From contig CAZDOJ010000001.1 in the NCBI GenBank assembly GCA_964507055.1, positions 1,254,758 through 1,318,757 of the forward strand: a stretch of 64,000 nucleotides of DNA. Reading direction: 5' to 3'. Position numbers and translations under genes: made by a program. The notes beneath the pieces were generated by a model that saw only the letters and a list, made by a program, of their open reading frames with translations, made no database searches and was not told the origin of the DNA. This document shows positions 40,103-49,638 of this stretch, in pieces (position 1 is the first letter of the stretch; each line of letters begins with the position of its first letter). The stretch is from an uncultured Gammaproteobacteria bacterium. Its GTDB lineage: Bacteria > Patescibacteriota > Microgenomatia > Levybacterales > UBA12049.

Positions 40103-41488
40103 ATGACAAAAATTCCACATGATTTTGATTGGCAGCGAAAGAAAATCGCAATCCTTGGTTTAGGGGTAGAGGGGCTATCAACATTACAATATCTTCAAAA
40201 AAAGAGTACGAATCTTTGGGTCTTGGAACGAAAACAAATTGATGATATTGATCCAACTTTGTTAACAGCAGCGGAAGAAACTGGAGCACAATTCGTTTTA
40301 GGAAAAGACTACCTCAAAGATCTGTCTGAGTATGATGTTATCTTTCGAAGTCCGGGTGTGAGGAGAAATACTCCTGAATTGATTGAAGCTGAAAAAAAGG
40401 GAACTATCATAACCTCCCAAACAAAACTCTTTTTTGATCTTTGTCCAGCACAAATTATCGGTATTACAGGCACAAAGGGGAAGGGTACGACTTCAAGTTT
40501 AATTTATGAAATGCTGAAAGCTGCAGGTAAAGATGTGTATCTCGGAGGCAATATTGGTGTCCCTCCTTTATCATTTATCGATAAACTACAGTCCTCCTCC
40601 TGGGTTGTTTTGGAGCTTTCAAGTTTCCAATTACAGGATTTGCATAAAAGCCCACATATTGCTGTTATGTTGATGGTGACGAGCGAACATATGGATCATC
40701 ATGCCTCTATTGAGGAATATGTCGATGCAAAGCGAAATATCTTGTCGCATCAAACTGCAGATGATTTTGCGATCGTCAATCGTGATTATCCAGCCTCAAA
40801 TGAATCTGACGTTTACTCTGACGGAAAAGTATTTTATGTCTCAAGAGAGCGGGAAACGGATGATGCTTGTTATGCATTTGGAGATCGAATTGTTATTCGC
40901 AAGAATGGAAATGAAACTGTGATCATAAAGAAGAACGAAATTTTGTTACCTGGAAAACATAATCTTGAGAATGTCAGTGCTGCAATTATGGCAGCTAATC
41001 TAGCTGGCGTGGGTATGAAATATATCGTCGATGTTCTAAAGACATTCAAAGGTTTGGAGCATCGATTGGAATTGGTTCGAGAGCTTGATGGGATCAAATA
41101 TTATGATGATTCATTCTCGACAACACCTGAAACAGCAATTGCTGCAATAGAAGCATTCACTCAACCAAAGATACTTATTCTTGGTGGCTCTAGCAAAGGA
41201 AGCGATTTTACAGAATTGGGAAGAGTGCTTCGCGAAACAGAAAGTATCAAAGCAATTATCGGTGTTGGGGAAGAATGGTATGCAATCAAAGAACAAATTG
41301 GAGAAAAAGCCGCACAAATGACACTGATTGAAAACGCTACAGATATGAAATCGATTGTACAATCTGCCGTACATGTTGCAGCCAAAGGTGATATTGTGCT
41401 TTTGAGTCCTGCGTGTGCAAGTTTTGGAATGTTTAAAAATTACAAGGATCGAGGAGAACAGTTTAAACAAGAAGTTGCGAAACTCTAG
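40103..41488 (+). CDS. murD: UDP-N-acetylmuramoyl-L-alanine--D-glutamate ligase
   Basis: ...ILGLGVEGLS... (Rossmann), ...GITGTKGKGTTSSL... (Mur ligase P-loop) and the MurD domain order. Confidence 0.85.
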   Translation: MTKIPHDFDWQRKKIAILGLGVEGLSTLQYLQKKSTNLWVLERKQIDDIDPTLLTAAEETGAQFVLGKDYLKDLSEYDVIFRSPGVRRNTPELIEAEKKGTIITSQTKLFFDLCPAQIIGITGTKGKGTTSSLIYEMLKAAGKDVYLGGNIGVPPLSFIDKLQSSSWVVLELSSFQLQDLHKSPHIAVMLMVTSEHMDHHASIEEYVDAKRNILSHQTADDFAIVNRDYPASNESDVYSDGKVFYVSRERETDDACYAFGDRIVIRKNGNETVIIKKNEILLPGKHNLENVSAAIMAANLAGVGMKYIVDVLKTFKGLEHRLELVRELDGIKYYDDSFSTTPETAIAAIEAFTQPKILILGGSSKGSDFTELGRVLRETESIKAIIGVGEEWYAIKEQIGEKAAQMTLIENATDMKSIVQSAVHVAAKGDIVLLSPACASFGMFKNYKDRGEQFKQEVAKL

Positions 41489-41556
41489 TTTTGTAAGAGC
41501 TCTGCAAAGGTTTGAAAATGGAGCAATTACCACTAGCGTGGGCACAATCTTTATGT

Positions 41557-41562
41557 TATACT
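41557..41562 (+). promoter_or_regulatory. Candidate extended -10 element (TGnTATACT) for ftsH with a very short leader
   Basis: TGTTATACT at 41554-41562, 12 nt upstream of the ATG at 41575. Confidence 0.25.
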
Positions 41563-41574
41563 GACACATAATTT

Positions 41575-43449
41575 ATGGCTGGAAATGGTAAGAAGCAGAC
41601 AGGAGACGGACGAAAAAAAGTAGTCAAATTTAAGACTCGGTTTTCCTGGAAAAATTTATTATTATATTTCTTTCTTATCGTGTTTGCATTGTTTTTCTTC
41701 TCTGCATTCACAAGTCCTCCTGAAGACCGCAAAAATGTCTCTCTGTCTGAAGTTATCGCAGCCGTTAAAAAAGGTGATGTTAAAGAAATCGTTGTAAACA
41801 ATAACAATCTTGTCGCTACCAAAGCAAATGGCGAAAAAATTCAAGCTTCAAAAGAACCTAATTCAAATGTCTACACACTTTTTAAAGATGCAGGAACAAC
41901 GCTTGATCCAACAAAGGTAAAAGTTGATGTTAAAGATCAATCAGGTGCAGCGAATTGGATCAACATTACTTCAGCATTGCTTCCAGTCCTTCTTATGATT
42001 GCTTTCTTTTACTTTATATTCCGCCAAGCTCGGGGAACTCAGGAAAGCATCTTCTCCTTTGGACAATCTCGAGCAAAACTCTTCAATCGTGATAATCCAA
42101 AAGTAACATTTGCAAATGTTGCAGGTGTTGATGAAGCGAAGCAAGAACTGTCTGAAATCGTTGATTTCCTAAAGAATCCTGTGAAGTATCGAGTCATGGG
42201 TGCTCGAACTCCAAAAGGTGTTCTTATGGTTGGACCAGCAGGAACAGGTAAAACACTACTCGCTCGTGCAACAGCGGGTGAGGCAAATGTTTCATTCTTC
42301 TCAATGGCAGGATCAGAATTTATGGAAATGCTTGTTGGTGTTGGTGCATCACGTGTCCGTGATTTGTTTAATACCGCGAAAAAAGCACAACCAGCAATTA
42401 TTTTTATTGATGAAATCGATGCGATAGGTCGACAAAGAGGGAATGGTTTAATGGGTGGACATGATGAGCGTGAACAAACACTTAATCAGATCCTGGTTGA
42501 AATGGATGGATTTACTCCAAATGAGAATGTCGTCGTCATCGCAGCAACGAATAGACCAGATGTCCTTGATCCAGCATTGGTTCGTCCAGGTCGATTTGAT
42601 CGACGAGTTGTCCTTGATCTTCCTGACGTTGAAGGTCGCAAGATGATTCTCGCTATTCATGCGAAAGGCAAGCCAATGGATCCAAAAGTGAATTGGGAGA
42701 AAGTTGCAAAAAGAACTGTCGGATTCTCAGGAGCAGATCTCGAGAACATGCTCAATGAATCAGCAATCATGGCTGCACGACTTGCTAAAAAAGCTATTGA
42801 TATGTCAGATCTTGAGGAATCAGCGACTCGAGTGAAACTCGGACCTGAGAAGAAGCGTCTTCAATCCGAACAAGATCGTCGGATGACTGCATATCATGAA
42901 GCGGGACATGCTTTAGTTGGCTGGCAAATGCCGCACATTGATCCTATTCATCGTATCTCAATCGTTTCTCGAGGTATGAGTCTTGGGCATACAATGACAG
43001 AACCAATTGATAAAGTACACGAAACAAAGCAAGGCTTGCTTGAACAAATTGCGATGATGATGGGTGGACAGGTTGCTGAAAAGTTGGTCTTCAATGATAT
43101 TACAACAGGTGCTTCAAATGATCTTGAGAAAGCTTCTCATGTCGCTCGTGCTATGGTAACAAAATTCGGTATGAGTGATCTCGGTCCAATAACTTTTGAC
43201 ACTGAGCGAGGCATGTACGAATCAAGTGAGATCTCACCGGAGATGGCTGCGAAGATTGATACTCAGGTGAAACAAATCTCAGATGAAGCATACAGACAAG
43301 CGATGGATATCTTGGTTTCACAAAGAGACAAGCTTGATCTAATTGCTGAAGAACTTTTAAAGAAGGAAACTATTGATTCAGATGAATTTGTTAAATTGAT
43401 TGGACCAAAGAAGGATATAGCTGTAAAAGCAAAGTCTGCAAAGAAGTAA
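41575..43449 (+). CDS. ftsH: ATP-dependent zinc metalloprotease FtsH
   Basis: Two N-terminal TM helices. AAA+ ...[13 protein letters not shown]... SRH. Zn-binding HEAGHALVG. Confidence 0.92.
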   Translation: MAGNGKKQTGDGRKKVVKFKTRFSWKNLLLYFFLIVFALFFFSAFTSPPEDRKNVSLSEVIAAVKKGDVKEIVVNNNNLVATKANGEKIQASKEPNSNVYTLFKDAGTTLDPTKVKVDVKDQSGAANWINITSALLPVLLMIAFFYFIFRQARGTQESIFSFGQSRAKLFNRDNPKVTFANVAGVDEAKQELSEIVDFLKNPVKYRVMGARTPKGVLMVGPAGTGKTLLARATAGEANVSFFSMAGSEFMEMLVGVGASRVRDLFNTAKKAQPAIIFIDEIDAIGRQRGNGLMGGHDEREQTLNQILVEMDGFTPNENVVVIAATNRPDVLDPALVRPGRFDRRVVLDLPDVEGRKMILAIHAKGKPMDPKVNWEKVAKRTVGFSGADLENMLNESAIMAARLAKKAIDMSDLEESATRVKLGPEKKRLQSEQDRRMTAYHEAGHALVGWQMPHIDPIHRISIVSRGMSLGHTMTEPIDKVHETKQGLLEQIAMMMGGQVAEKLVFNDITTGASNDLEKASHVARAMVTKFGMSDLGPITFDTERGMYESSEISPEMAAKIDTQVKQISDEAYRQAMDILVSQRDKLDLIAEELLKKETIDSDEFVKLIGPKKDIAVKAKSAKK

Positions 43450-43506
43450 CTCTTTTATTAAGTTTCTCTTACCCCTGATAATTCCTGCTATGTTAGAATA
43501 TTCATT

Positions 43507-44415
43507 ATGAAAAAGCTGTTGCTTATTGATGGAAATGCCATACTGCATCGTGCTTATCATGCATATCCACCACTTACCAATCCTCAAGGTGAAATAATAA
43601 ATGCTGTACTCGGATTTTTCTCTATGGTGCTTACCGTTCTTGCTGACCAAAAGCCTGATTATTTGGTTGTTTGTTTTGACCGCTCGAAGCCAACTATCAG
43701 AACAGAACTTTTTGCTGGATACCATGCCCATCGTCCACAGATGGATGAAGTTTTCCGTAATCAAGTGAAAATCGTTGATGACATCTTGGAAAAAATGAAA
43801 GTTACTGTCTATGCTCTTGATGGTTTTGAAGCGGATGATTTAATCGGAACAATCTCCAGAAGGGCAGTTGAAGAATACAACGAAGAGGTTGTAATCGTAA
43901 CAGGGGATCGAGATCTTCTCCAGCTTGTAAATCCACATGTTAAAGTCTTGATGCCACTTGTAGGTTTGACCAAAACAGTTTTGATGGGAGAAGAAGAAGT
44001 CGAAGCAAAATATGGTGTCCATCCACGACAGTTCATCGATTACAAAGCACTCATTGGAGATGCTTCTGATGGATATCCGGGTGTCACAGGAATTGGTCCA
44101 AAAGGTGCTGCAAAACTTATCCAAGAGTATGGAACATTTGAAAATCTTTATGCCAATGTCGGAGTATTGCCCGAGAAGATCGGATTAAAACTCGCAACTG
44201 ATGCGGAGCAGGCAGCACTTGCCAAAAAGTTGGCAACAATTATCACAGATGCTCCAATTCAATTCGATCTGCTGGAATGCGACACGAAGCATTTTGATAT
44301 TGCAGCGTTACGAAAATCATTCCGTGAACAGGCATTTAATAGTCTTTTAGCACGACTTGATGTGATGTTTGGGAAAGAAGTGATTAAGACAGACGAGCAA
44401 CTGGAACTTATATGA
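43507..44415 (+). CDS. 5'-3' exonuclease (stand-alone FEN/Pol I N-terminal domain)
   Basis: ...LLLIDGNAILHRAYHA... and ...GYPGVTGIGPKGAAKLI... (H3TH). Confidence 0.8.
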   Translation: MKKLLLIDGNAILHRAYHAYPPLTNPQGEIINAVLGFFSMVLTVLADQKPDYLVVCFDRSKPTIRTELFAGYHAHRPQMDEVFRNQVKIVDDILEKMKVTVYALDGFEADDLIGTISRRAVEEYNEEVVIVTGDRDLLQLVNPHVKVLMPLVGLTKTVLMGEEEVEAKYGVHPRQFIDYKALIGDASDGYPGVTGIGPKGAAKLIQEYGTFENLYANVGVLPEKIGLKLATDAEQAALAKKLATIITDAPIQFDLLECDTKHFDIAALRKSFREQAFNSLLARLDVMFGKEVIKTDEQLELI

Positions 44416-45062
44416 ATATCCCTTCACACATAAAAGCAGTCATCTTTGATATGGATGGTTTGCTTATTGACTCTGAACCATATTGGCAGAAATCCGATGC
44501 GAAGTTCTTTGCTAAGCATGGCAAAAAGCATTCACCCGAAATCAATAAACAAATTATGGGGATGGGGCACAAGCAGATTGTTGAGCATTTTAAGAAGAAG
44601 TATGGATTTAAGAAAGATAGAGATGCATTGATTAAAGAACGGAAGGATATCTTTTACGATACGATTATGGGCGAATTGCAATTGATGGAAGGAGCAAAAG
44701 AATTAATCCAAAAGTTATATGACAAGAATTATGCTATGGCAATTGCAACTAGTGGACATAGTACCGAAAAGACTGCAGAAATTCTTGAAAAGCTTGATTT
44801 AGATGTATACATCCCAATTCTTGTTTCAGGAGACGATGTCAAAAAGAGTAAACCTGAACCTGAGATTTATCTCAAAGCAGCGGAAGAATTACAGATTGCT
44901 CCAGAGTTCTGCCTCGTATTTGAAGATGCTCCAAATGGTGTCAAAGCAGGAAAGGCTGCTGGGATGCTAGTCTATGGAATTAATACAGATAAAAAGATTT
45001 ATAAGAATCTTGAGAAAGAAAAAGCGGACAAGGTATTTACGAGTTTGGAAAAAGTGTTGTAG
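44412..45062 (+). CDS. HAD-superfamily hydrolase (subfamily IA, beta-phosphoglucomutase-like)
   Basis: Motif I ...VIFDMDGLLIDSE... Motif III/IV ...K.KPEP...FEDAPNGVKAGKAAGM... Confidence 0.75.
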   Translation: MNIPSHIKAVIFDMDGLLIDSEPYWQKSDAKFFAKHGKKHSPEINKQIMGMGHKQIVEHFKKKYGFKKDRDALIKERKDIFYDTIMGELQLMEGAKELIQKLYDKNYAMAIATSGHSTEKTAEILEKLDLDVYIPILVSGDDVKKSKPEPEIYLKAAEELQIAPEFCLVFEDAPNGVKAGKAAGMLVYGINTDKKIYKNLEKEKADKVFTSLEKVL

Positions 45063-45071
45063 CAACTTTAT

Positions 45072-45320
45072 TTACCAATCGCCTTGGTGACGACCTTTCC
45101 CACGCGATGCTGGGATAGAGCTCATAAGCTCTCTTGCGTTAAATAAGTCATCTCTATCCGAAACTGCTGCACGTTGTTGTTCTTGGACTCTATTAAAAAG
45201 TGCATCGAGACTTCTTCCTCCAACCCAAATTCTTCCTGTAGGTTGTCCTGTGCTTGCATCTATTTCTGGATATGCACTTGGTTTTCTTTCGTGACGTGGT
45301 GCTGATTCTGGCCTTGGCAT
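45072..45320 (-). CDS. Small hypothetical Arg/Pro-rich protein (82 aa), antisense-oriented between two plus-strand genes
   Basis: It fills a 310-bp gap. Its N-terminus MPRPESAPRHERKPS resembles that of the ORF at 46477-46710. Confidence 0.25.
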   Translation of the reverse strand: MPRPESAPRHERKPSAYPEIDASTGQPTGRIWVGGRSLDALFNRVQEQQRAAVSDRDDLFNARELMSSIPASRGKGRHQGDW

Positions 45321-45375
45321 GATGTGATTATATCTAATTATCTTAGCCTGTCAATCGTGTATAATCACAGAAGAG

Positions 45376-46476
45376 ATGCGAGTTGCGTTAGTTCATGATT
45401 ACATCAAAGAATATGGGGGAGCAGAGCGGGTGCTTGAAGCTCTGACCGAGGCATATCCTGACGCTCCAATTTATACAGCGTTTTATAAAAAAGGCTCCCC
45501 GGCATATGAGCGTTTCAAACATAAGAAGATTCGCACTTCATGGGTTCATTATATTCCTGGTTTTTCAACAAAACTGCATAGTCCACTTCGATTTCTCGCA
45601 CCAATAATTTGGGGTGGATTTGATTTCAGTAAATATGATGTAGTGATCAGTTCCGCAAGTTGGTATGTGACAAAGGGTTTTCCCAATAAAGGCAAAGCAA
45701 TTGAAGTTTGCTATTGTCATACACCCCCTCGATGGTTATATGGTTATAAAACCTCCGTTGAATGGCAACGATTCTGGCCGATTAAGATTTATGGAATGGT
45801 CATTGGCCACTTTATGCGGCAGTATGACTTTAACGCGGCCCAAAGAGTCGATCATTTTGTGGCAAATTCCAAAGAAGTTCAGGCAAGAATTGAGAAGTTT
45901 TACAGAAGAGAGTCGACTGTGATTTATCCACCTGTTAGTTTGCCGAAGATTCCAAAGATACAAAAAGGGGATTATTATTTTATTGTTTCGCGTATCGTCG
46001 GGGCAAAAGGAATTGATATGGCTGTTGAGGCTGCAAGAAGGCATGGTTTTACATTGAAAATTGCTGGAGCGGCTGCTGGTTACTACACTGGATTAAAAGA
46101 TATGCAGGAAACAGCACCTGAAAATGTGGAATTCCTCGGACGAGTTTCCGACGAAGAATTGGTAAAACTCTATGCGGGAGCAAAAGCATTCATCGCGACA
46201 GCGACGGATGAAGATTTTGGTATCACACCTGTTGAAGCAATGGTATGTGGAACACCAGTGATTGCCTATCATGGCGGGGGATATAAAGAGACTGTCATTG
46301 AAGGCAAAACTGGAGTCTTCTTTCATGAATCATCAGCCGATGCTCTGGTGCAGGCAGTACGAAAGTTCGAGAAATTGAAACTTGAGCCAAAAGATTGTCG
46401 CAAACAAGCTGAGAAATTTTCCAAGGAACGATTCCTCAAAGAGATAAAAGCCTTTGTACAAAAAGTAGCTAAGTAA
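45376..46476 (+). CDS. Glycosyltransferase family 4 (GT4)
   Basis: ...VHDYIKEYGGAERVLEAL... N-terminus and ...E.FGITPVEAM.CGTPVIA... EX7E region. Confidence 0.75.
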   Translation: MRVALVHDYIKEYGGAERVLEALTEAYPDAPIYTAFYKKGSPAYERFKHKKIRTSWVHYIPGFSTKLHSPLRFLAPIIWGGFDFSKYDVVISSASWYVTKGFPNKGKAIEVCYCHTPPRWLYGYKTSVEWQRFWPIKIYGMVIGHFMRQYDFNAAQRVDHFVANSKEVQARIEKFYRRESTVIYPPVSLPKIPKIQKGDYYFIVSRIVGAKGIDMAVEAARRHGFTLKIAGAAAGYYTGLKDMQETAPENVEFLGRVSDEELVKLYAGAKAFIATATDEDFGITPVEAMVCGTPVIAYHGGGYKETVIEGKTGVFFHESSADALVQAVRKFEKLKLEPKDCRKQAEKFSKERFLKEIKAFVQKVAK

Positions 46477-46710
46477 CTATTTATCCTCAGACCAGAGAAG
46501 CTGTGACTGTTTTGGTAACGCTTCATGATGATGTGGCTCCCCAAAAGTGTCGCCGTGGCGGTGTAATTTGGCATGGAAGTCTACAACTAAATGCCTATCT
46601 TGTCTTCGTACAGGTTCAGTTAAATGATCTTCCAAAAGATGTCGACGTGCTTCGGCATTTGTCGTAACGGTTGGTCTAATAGGTGATCGAGTGCGTTCTG
46701 GTGCTGACAT
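46477..46710 (-). CDS. Small hypothetical Arg/His-rich protein (77 aa)
   Basis: It fills a 300-bp gap. Its N-terminus MSAPERTRSPIRPT resembles that of 45072-45320. Confidence 0.25.
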   Translation of the reverse strand: MSAPERTRSPIRPTVTTNAEARRHLLEDHLTEPVRRQDRHLVVDFHAKLHRHGDTFGEPHHHEALPKQSQLLWSEDK

Positions 46711-46778
46711 AAAAAAAGTATTCTACAACGCGTTCTCTTCTTTGTCAAAATCATTTTTTCGTATGCTACAATCGGTTC

Positions 46779-47633
46779 ATGCCAGAACTCCCAGAAGTTG
46801 AAACAATCAGAATTGGCCTTCAAAAATACATTGTTGGGCATACTATTCAATCTATAGATGTCCACTTACCGAAGCAATTAAGTGGTGATACAAATGCTGT
46901 TATTGGTGCCAAGATATTGGAAGTAAAACGATTTGGAAAAGGATTGGTGATTGATTTGAATAATGGCTACAGTATCACGATTCATGTGAAGATGACCGGG
47001 CAGATGCTTTATCGAAATCCTCAACAAACGGTTCGTCAGGTAATTCCTGGGAATGCAAAAGTTGCTATCGATGCGTTGCCAGATAAGTATACGCATGTCG
47101 TTTTTCATCTCGATAAAGGAGCAGAATTATTCTATCGAGATGTACGTCAGTTTGGTTGGATAAAGATTGTCAAAAGTGATTCTGTGGCGTCACAACAGTA
47201 TTTCAAAAGCCTTGGACCAGAACCATTGCGTGATTTAACACTTCCGATGTTTCAGGAGATTGTCCTAAAAAGAAAAACGTCTATCAAAATGCTCTTAATG
47301 GATCAGGGATTGATTGCTGGGATAGGCAATATTTATGCCAATGATGCCTTGTTTATCTCCCATATTCATCCCCAGCGTTCTGCCAATTCTTTAACGAAAG
47401 ATGAACAGGAAAAACTCTTTGATGCAATTGAGGTTGTCTTAAGAAAAGGGATTGCAGTGGGTGGAGCGAGCGAGTGGTCTTATGTGGATGCACTTGGGCA
47501 AGCTGGAAAATATCAGGATTTTTTCCAAGTTTATCGAAAACATGGCCAACCATGCCCCAACTGTGGAACAATTATCGAAACAATACGAATGGGTGGACGA
47601 GGGACCTTTTTTTGCCCTCAATGTCAGCGGTAA
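46779..47633 (+). CDS. mutM: Formamidopyrimidine-DNA glycosylase (Fpg/MutM)
   Basis: N-terminal MPELPEVETIR (catalytic Pro2/Glu3). C-terminal zinc finger CPNCG...CPQCQR. Confidence 0.9.
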   Translation: MPELPEVETIRIGLQKYIVGHTIQSIDVHLPKQLSGDTNAVIGAKILEVKRFGKGLVIDLNNGYSITIHVKMTGQMLYRNPQQTVRQVIPGNAKVAIDALPDKYTHVVFHLDKGAELFYRDVRQFGWIKIVKSDSVASQQYFKSLGPEPLRDLTLPMFQEIVLKRKTSIKMLLMDQGLIAGIGNIYANDALFISHIHPQRSANSLTKDEQEKLFDAIEVVLRKGIAVGGASEWSYVDALGQAGKYQDFFQVYRKHGQPCPNCGTIIETIRMGGRGTFFCPQCQR

Positions 47634-48556
47634 GTGGGTCGTACTTTAGAAGACTTGGTTTTTTGCACTAAAACATTCTTTGGTCGTTGTTTCTGAATTT
47701 CTTTCAGGATCTTTTTCAGGAGGGGATGATGTACTTGGAGTTCTGTATTAATAAAGAACTCTTCCAAATCTTTCTCGTCTGATTGCTCATAGGCTAATGC
47801 CTGCATCGCCATTTCAAGTTTATCCAATTGCCAAAAGACCCGTGACTCCTGACTTGATCTCGCAATCATTTCGTCAAATAGTTTTACATACTCCTGGGAT
47901 TTGCCAATTCCTTTAAAGAGTTTTGCAACCCCTTCTTTTTCGAGTTTTTCTTTTTCGACGCGTTTTTGCATGTCAATTAGAGAGCCTCTTGACCAGACTA
48001 AATCTCCTGTGATAGTCTCACAAAGATCGTGCATGATCGCCATTTGAATCAATTTATCTTTATTAACACCAAGCTCTTCTGCAAGTGTCATAGCCCAGAT
48101 ACTCAATTGGAAAGAATGCTCAGCGACACTTTCAGGATCTTTGATACTCATCATTACCCAGCCTGTTCTTACAATCTTTTTTGATTTTGCTGTGTTCGCG
48201 AGGAAATCCACGAGCTTTCTTGCTGGAGCACTTGTTGTTGCTGGCTTGGGAATGGTTGTAATTCTACGAATTTCAGATTCTGTCAAATAGCCTTGATTAG
48301 CTGACGCAAGGAATGCATTCATCATATCGACAGACACGTTTGCATTGTTCTCTTTGAAGATGAGTAGGGCAGTCAGAAGAATATCTCTTCGTGTTGGAAT
48401 CTTTCTTCCACTTTGCCAATGAGAAAAAATACTATCCTCATAGACATAACCATAATCCGCCATGGTATTCCCGAAATCCTTTAAGGTCTGAATATTGGCC
48501 TGCAATCGGAGTTTTTTAAATATTTCTCCAAATGTTTTTGACGTTGTAGTTCTCAT
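47624..48556 (-). CDS. HTH (XRE-like) domain fused to an HD-domain phosphohydrolase, a putative regulator
   Basis: N-terminus ...FGEIFKKLRLQANIQTLKDFG... is the HTH. ...HSFQLSIWAMTLAEEL...MAIMHDLCETITGD... is the HD motif. Confidence 0.6.
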   Translation of the reverse strand: MRTTTSKTFGEIFKKLRLQANIQTLKDFGNTMADYGYVYEDSIFSHWQSGRKIPTRRDILLTALLIFKENNANVSVDMMNAFLASANQGYLTESEIRRITTIPKPATTSAPARKLVDFLANTAKSKKIVRTGWVMMSIKDPESVAEHSFQLSIWAMTLAEELGVNKDKLIQMAIMHDLCETITGDLVWSRGSLIDMQKRVEKEKLEKEGVAKLFKGIGKSQEYVKLFDEMIARSSQESRVFWQLDKLEMAMQALAYEQSDEKDLEEFFINTELQVHHPLLKKILKEIQKQRPKNVLVQKTKSSKVRPTYR

Positions 48557-48589
48557 TTAATTATCTGAGTATCTATTTTACAAAGTGTG

Positions 48590-48603
48590 TTGACGAAAGT
48601 CAA
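48590..48603. promoter_or_regulatory. Palindrome TTGACGAAAGTCAA, candidate operator
   Basis: Perfect inverted repeat in the divergent intergenic region. Confidence 0.35.
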
Positions 48604-48622
48604 AGCCCAAAGGGCACATTCT

Positions 48623-48637
48623 GTCAAGAAAGTTGAC
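48623..48637. promoter_or_regulatory. Palindrome GTCAAGAAAGTTGAC, candidate operator
   Basis: Inverted repeat using the same TTGAC/GTCAA half-sites. Confidence 0.35.
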
Positions 48638-48750
48638 AAATGAATCATACCAAAACTGACTTCAGCATACTAGTATAGATCCAGACTTAGGTAATACTTA
48701 GTCTAGGATTTTGTCTTTTTGACTAGAGCTCATTGCAAAATTCACGCCTA

Positions 48751-48788
48751 TTGACGCCTGATCCCGCATTGCGGGATCAGAACGTCAA
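48751..48788. promoter_or_regulatory. 38-bp palindrome TTGACGcc-TGATCCCGC-ATT-GCGGGATCA-gaa-CGTCAA, candidate operator or hairpin
   Basis: 10-bp perfect core stem with a 3-nt loop, nested within an outer TTGACG/CGTCAA inverted repeat. It sits about 90 nt upstream of the ATG at 48875. Confidence 0.4.
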
Positions 48789-48874
48789 CTTTAAGAGGGT
48801 AAATTGTATCTCATCCGGTATTATGTTACTATGGTAAAACAAGCTAAAAGTAATCCGGAGTAAGGTAAACATCT

Positions 48875-49585
48875 ATGGGGAATAATAACGGACGTAAACG
48901 TATTATAATTTCAGTAGGGGGATCCCTAATTGTCCCTAATGAAGGGATTAAAACTGAGTTTCTTAAGAAGCTCAATGCGTTTGTTAGAGAAGAACTGGCC
49001 AAAGATTCTAAGCGCCAGTTTTTTTTGGTCGCAGGAGGGGGATCAACAGCACGTAAGTATATTGACGCCGGGCGAGAAGTGCTCGGACATGATCTTACTC
49101 ATGAAGATCTTGATTGGCTAGGTGTCCATTCCACAACCCTCAATGCCCACCTCATCCGCACAATCTTCAGAGACATCGCTCATCCCAAACTTATCCGCCA
49201 CTATGATATTATCCGTAAAGCTCACGAACAAGTTGTGGTTGCAGCAGGTTGGAAGCCAGGCTGGTCCACTGATTACTGTGCGACACTTTTGTGCGAAGAT
49301 TACGGTGTAAAAACTGTTATCAACTTGAGTAATGTAGAGCAAGTATATGACAAAGATCCTCGAAAATTTCCTGACGCAAAAGCATTAAAAAAACTCTCAT
49401 GGAATGGTATGCGGGAGATTGTAGGGGATGATTGGACACCTGGACTAAATGCTCCGTTTGATCCTATCGCTGCAAAGAAAGCACAAGAGCTTGGAGTAAG
49501 AGTCGTTGTTATGTCAGGAAACAACTTTGATAATATCCGTAATTATCTTGATAACAAACCATTTACTGGAACAGTCATCGAATAA
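48875..49585 (+). CDS. Amino-acid-kinase family protein, UMP-kinase-like (archaeal-type PyrH-like)
   Basis: ...KRIIISVGGSLIVP... and ...FFLVAGGGSTARKY... are typical AAK-fold nucleotide-binding loops. Confidence 0.5.
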   Translation: MGNNNGRKRIIISVGGSLIVPNEGIKTEFLKKLNAFVREELAKDSKRQFFLVAGGGSTARKYIDAGREVLGHDLTHEDLDWLGVHSTTLNAHLIRTIFRDIAHPKLIRHYDIIRKAHEQVVVAAGWKPGWSTDYCATLLCEDYGVKTVINLSNVEQVYDKDPRKFPDAKALKKLSWNGMREIVGDDWTPGLNAPFDPIAAKKAQELGVRVVVMSGNNFDNIRNYLDNKPFTGTVIE

Positions 49586-49638
49586 CTACAGTAGCTTGCA
49601 AATTACTCAGTTCTCCTTTATTATTTCTCAATCAGCTA

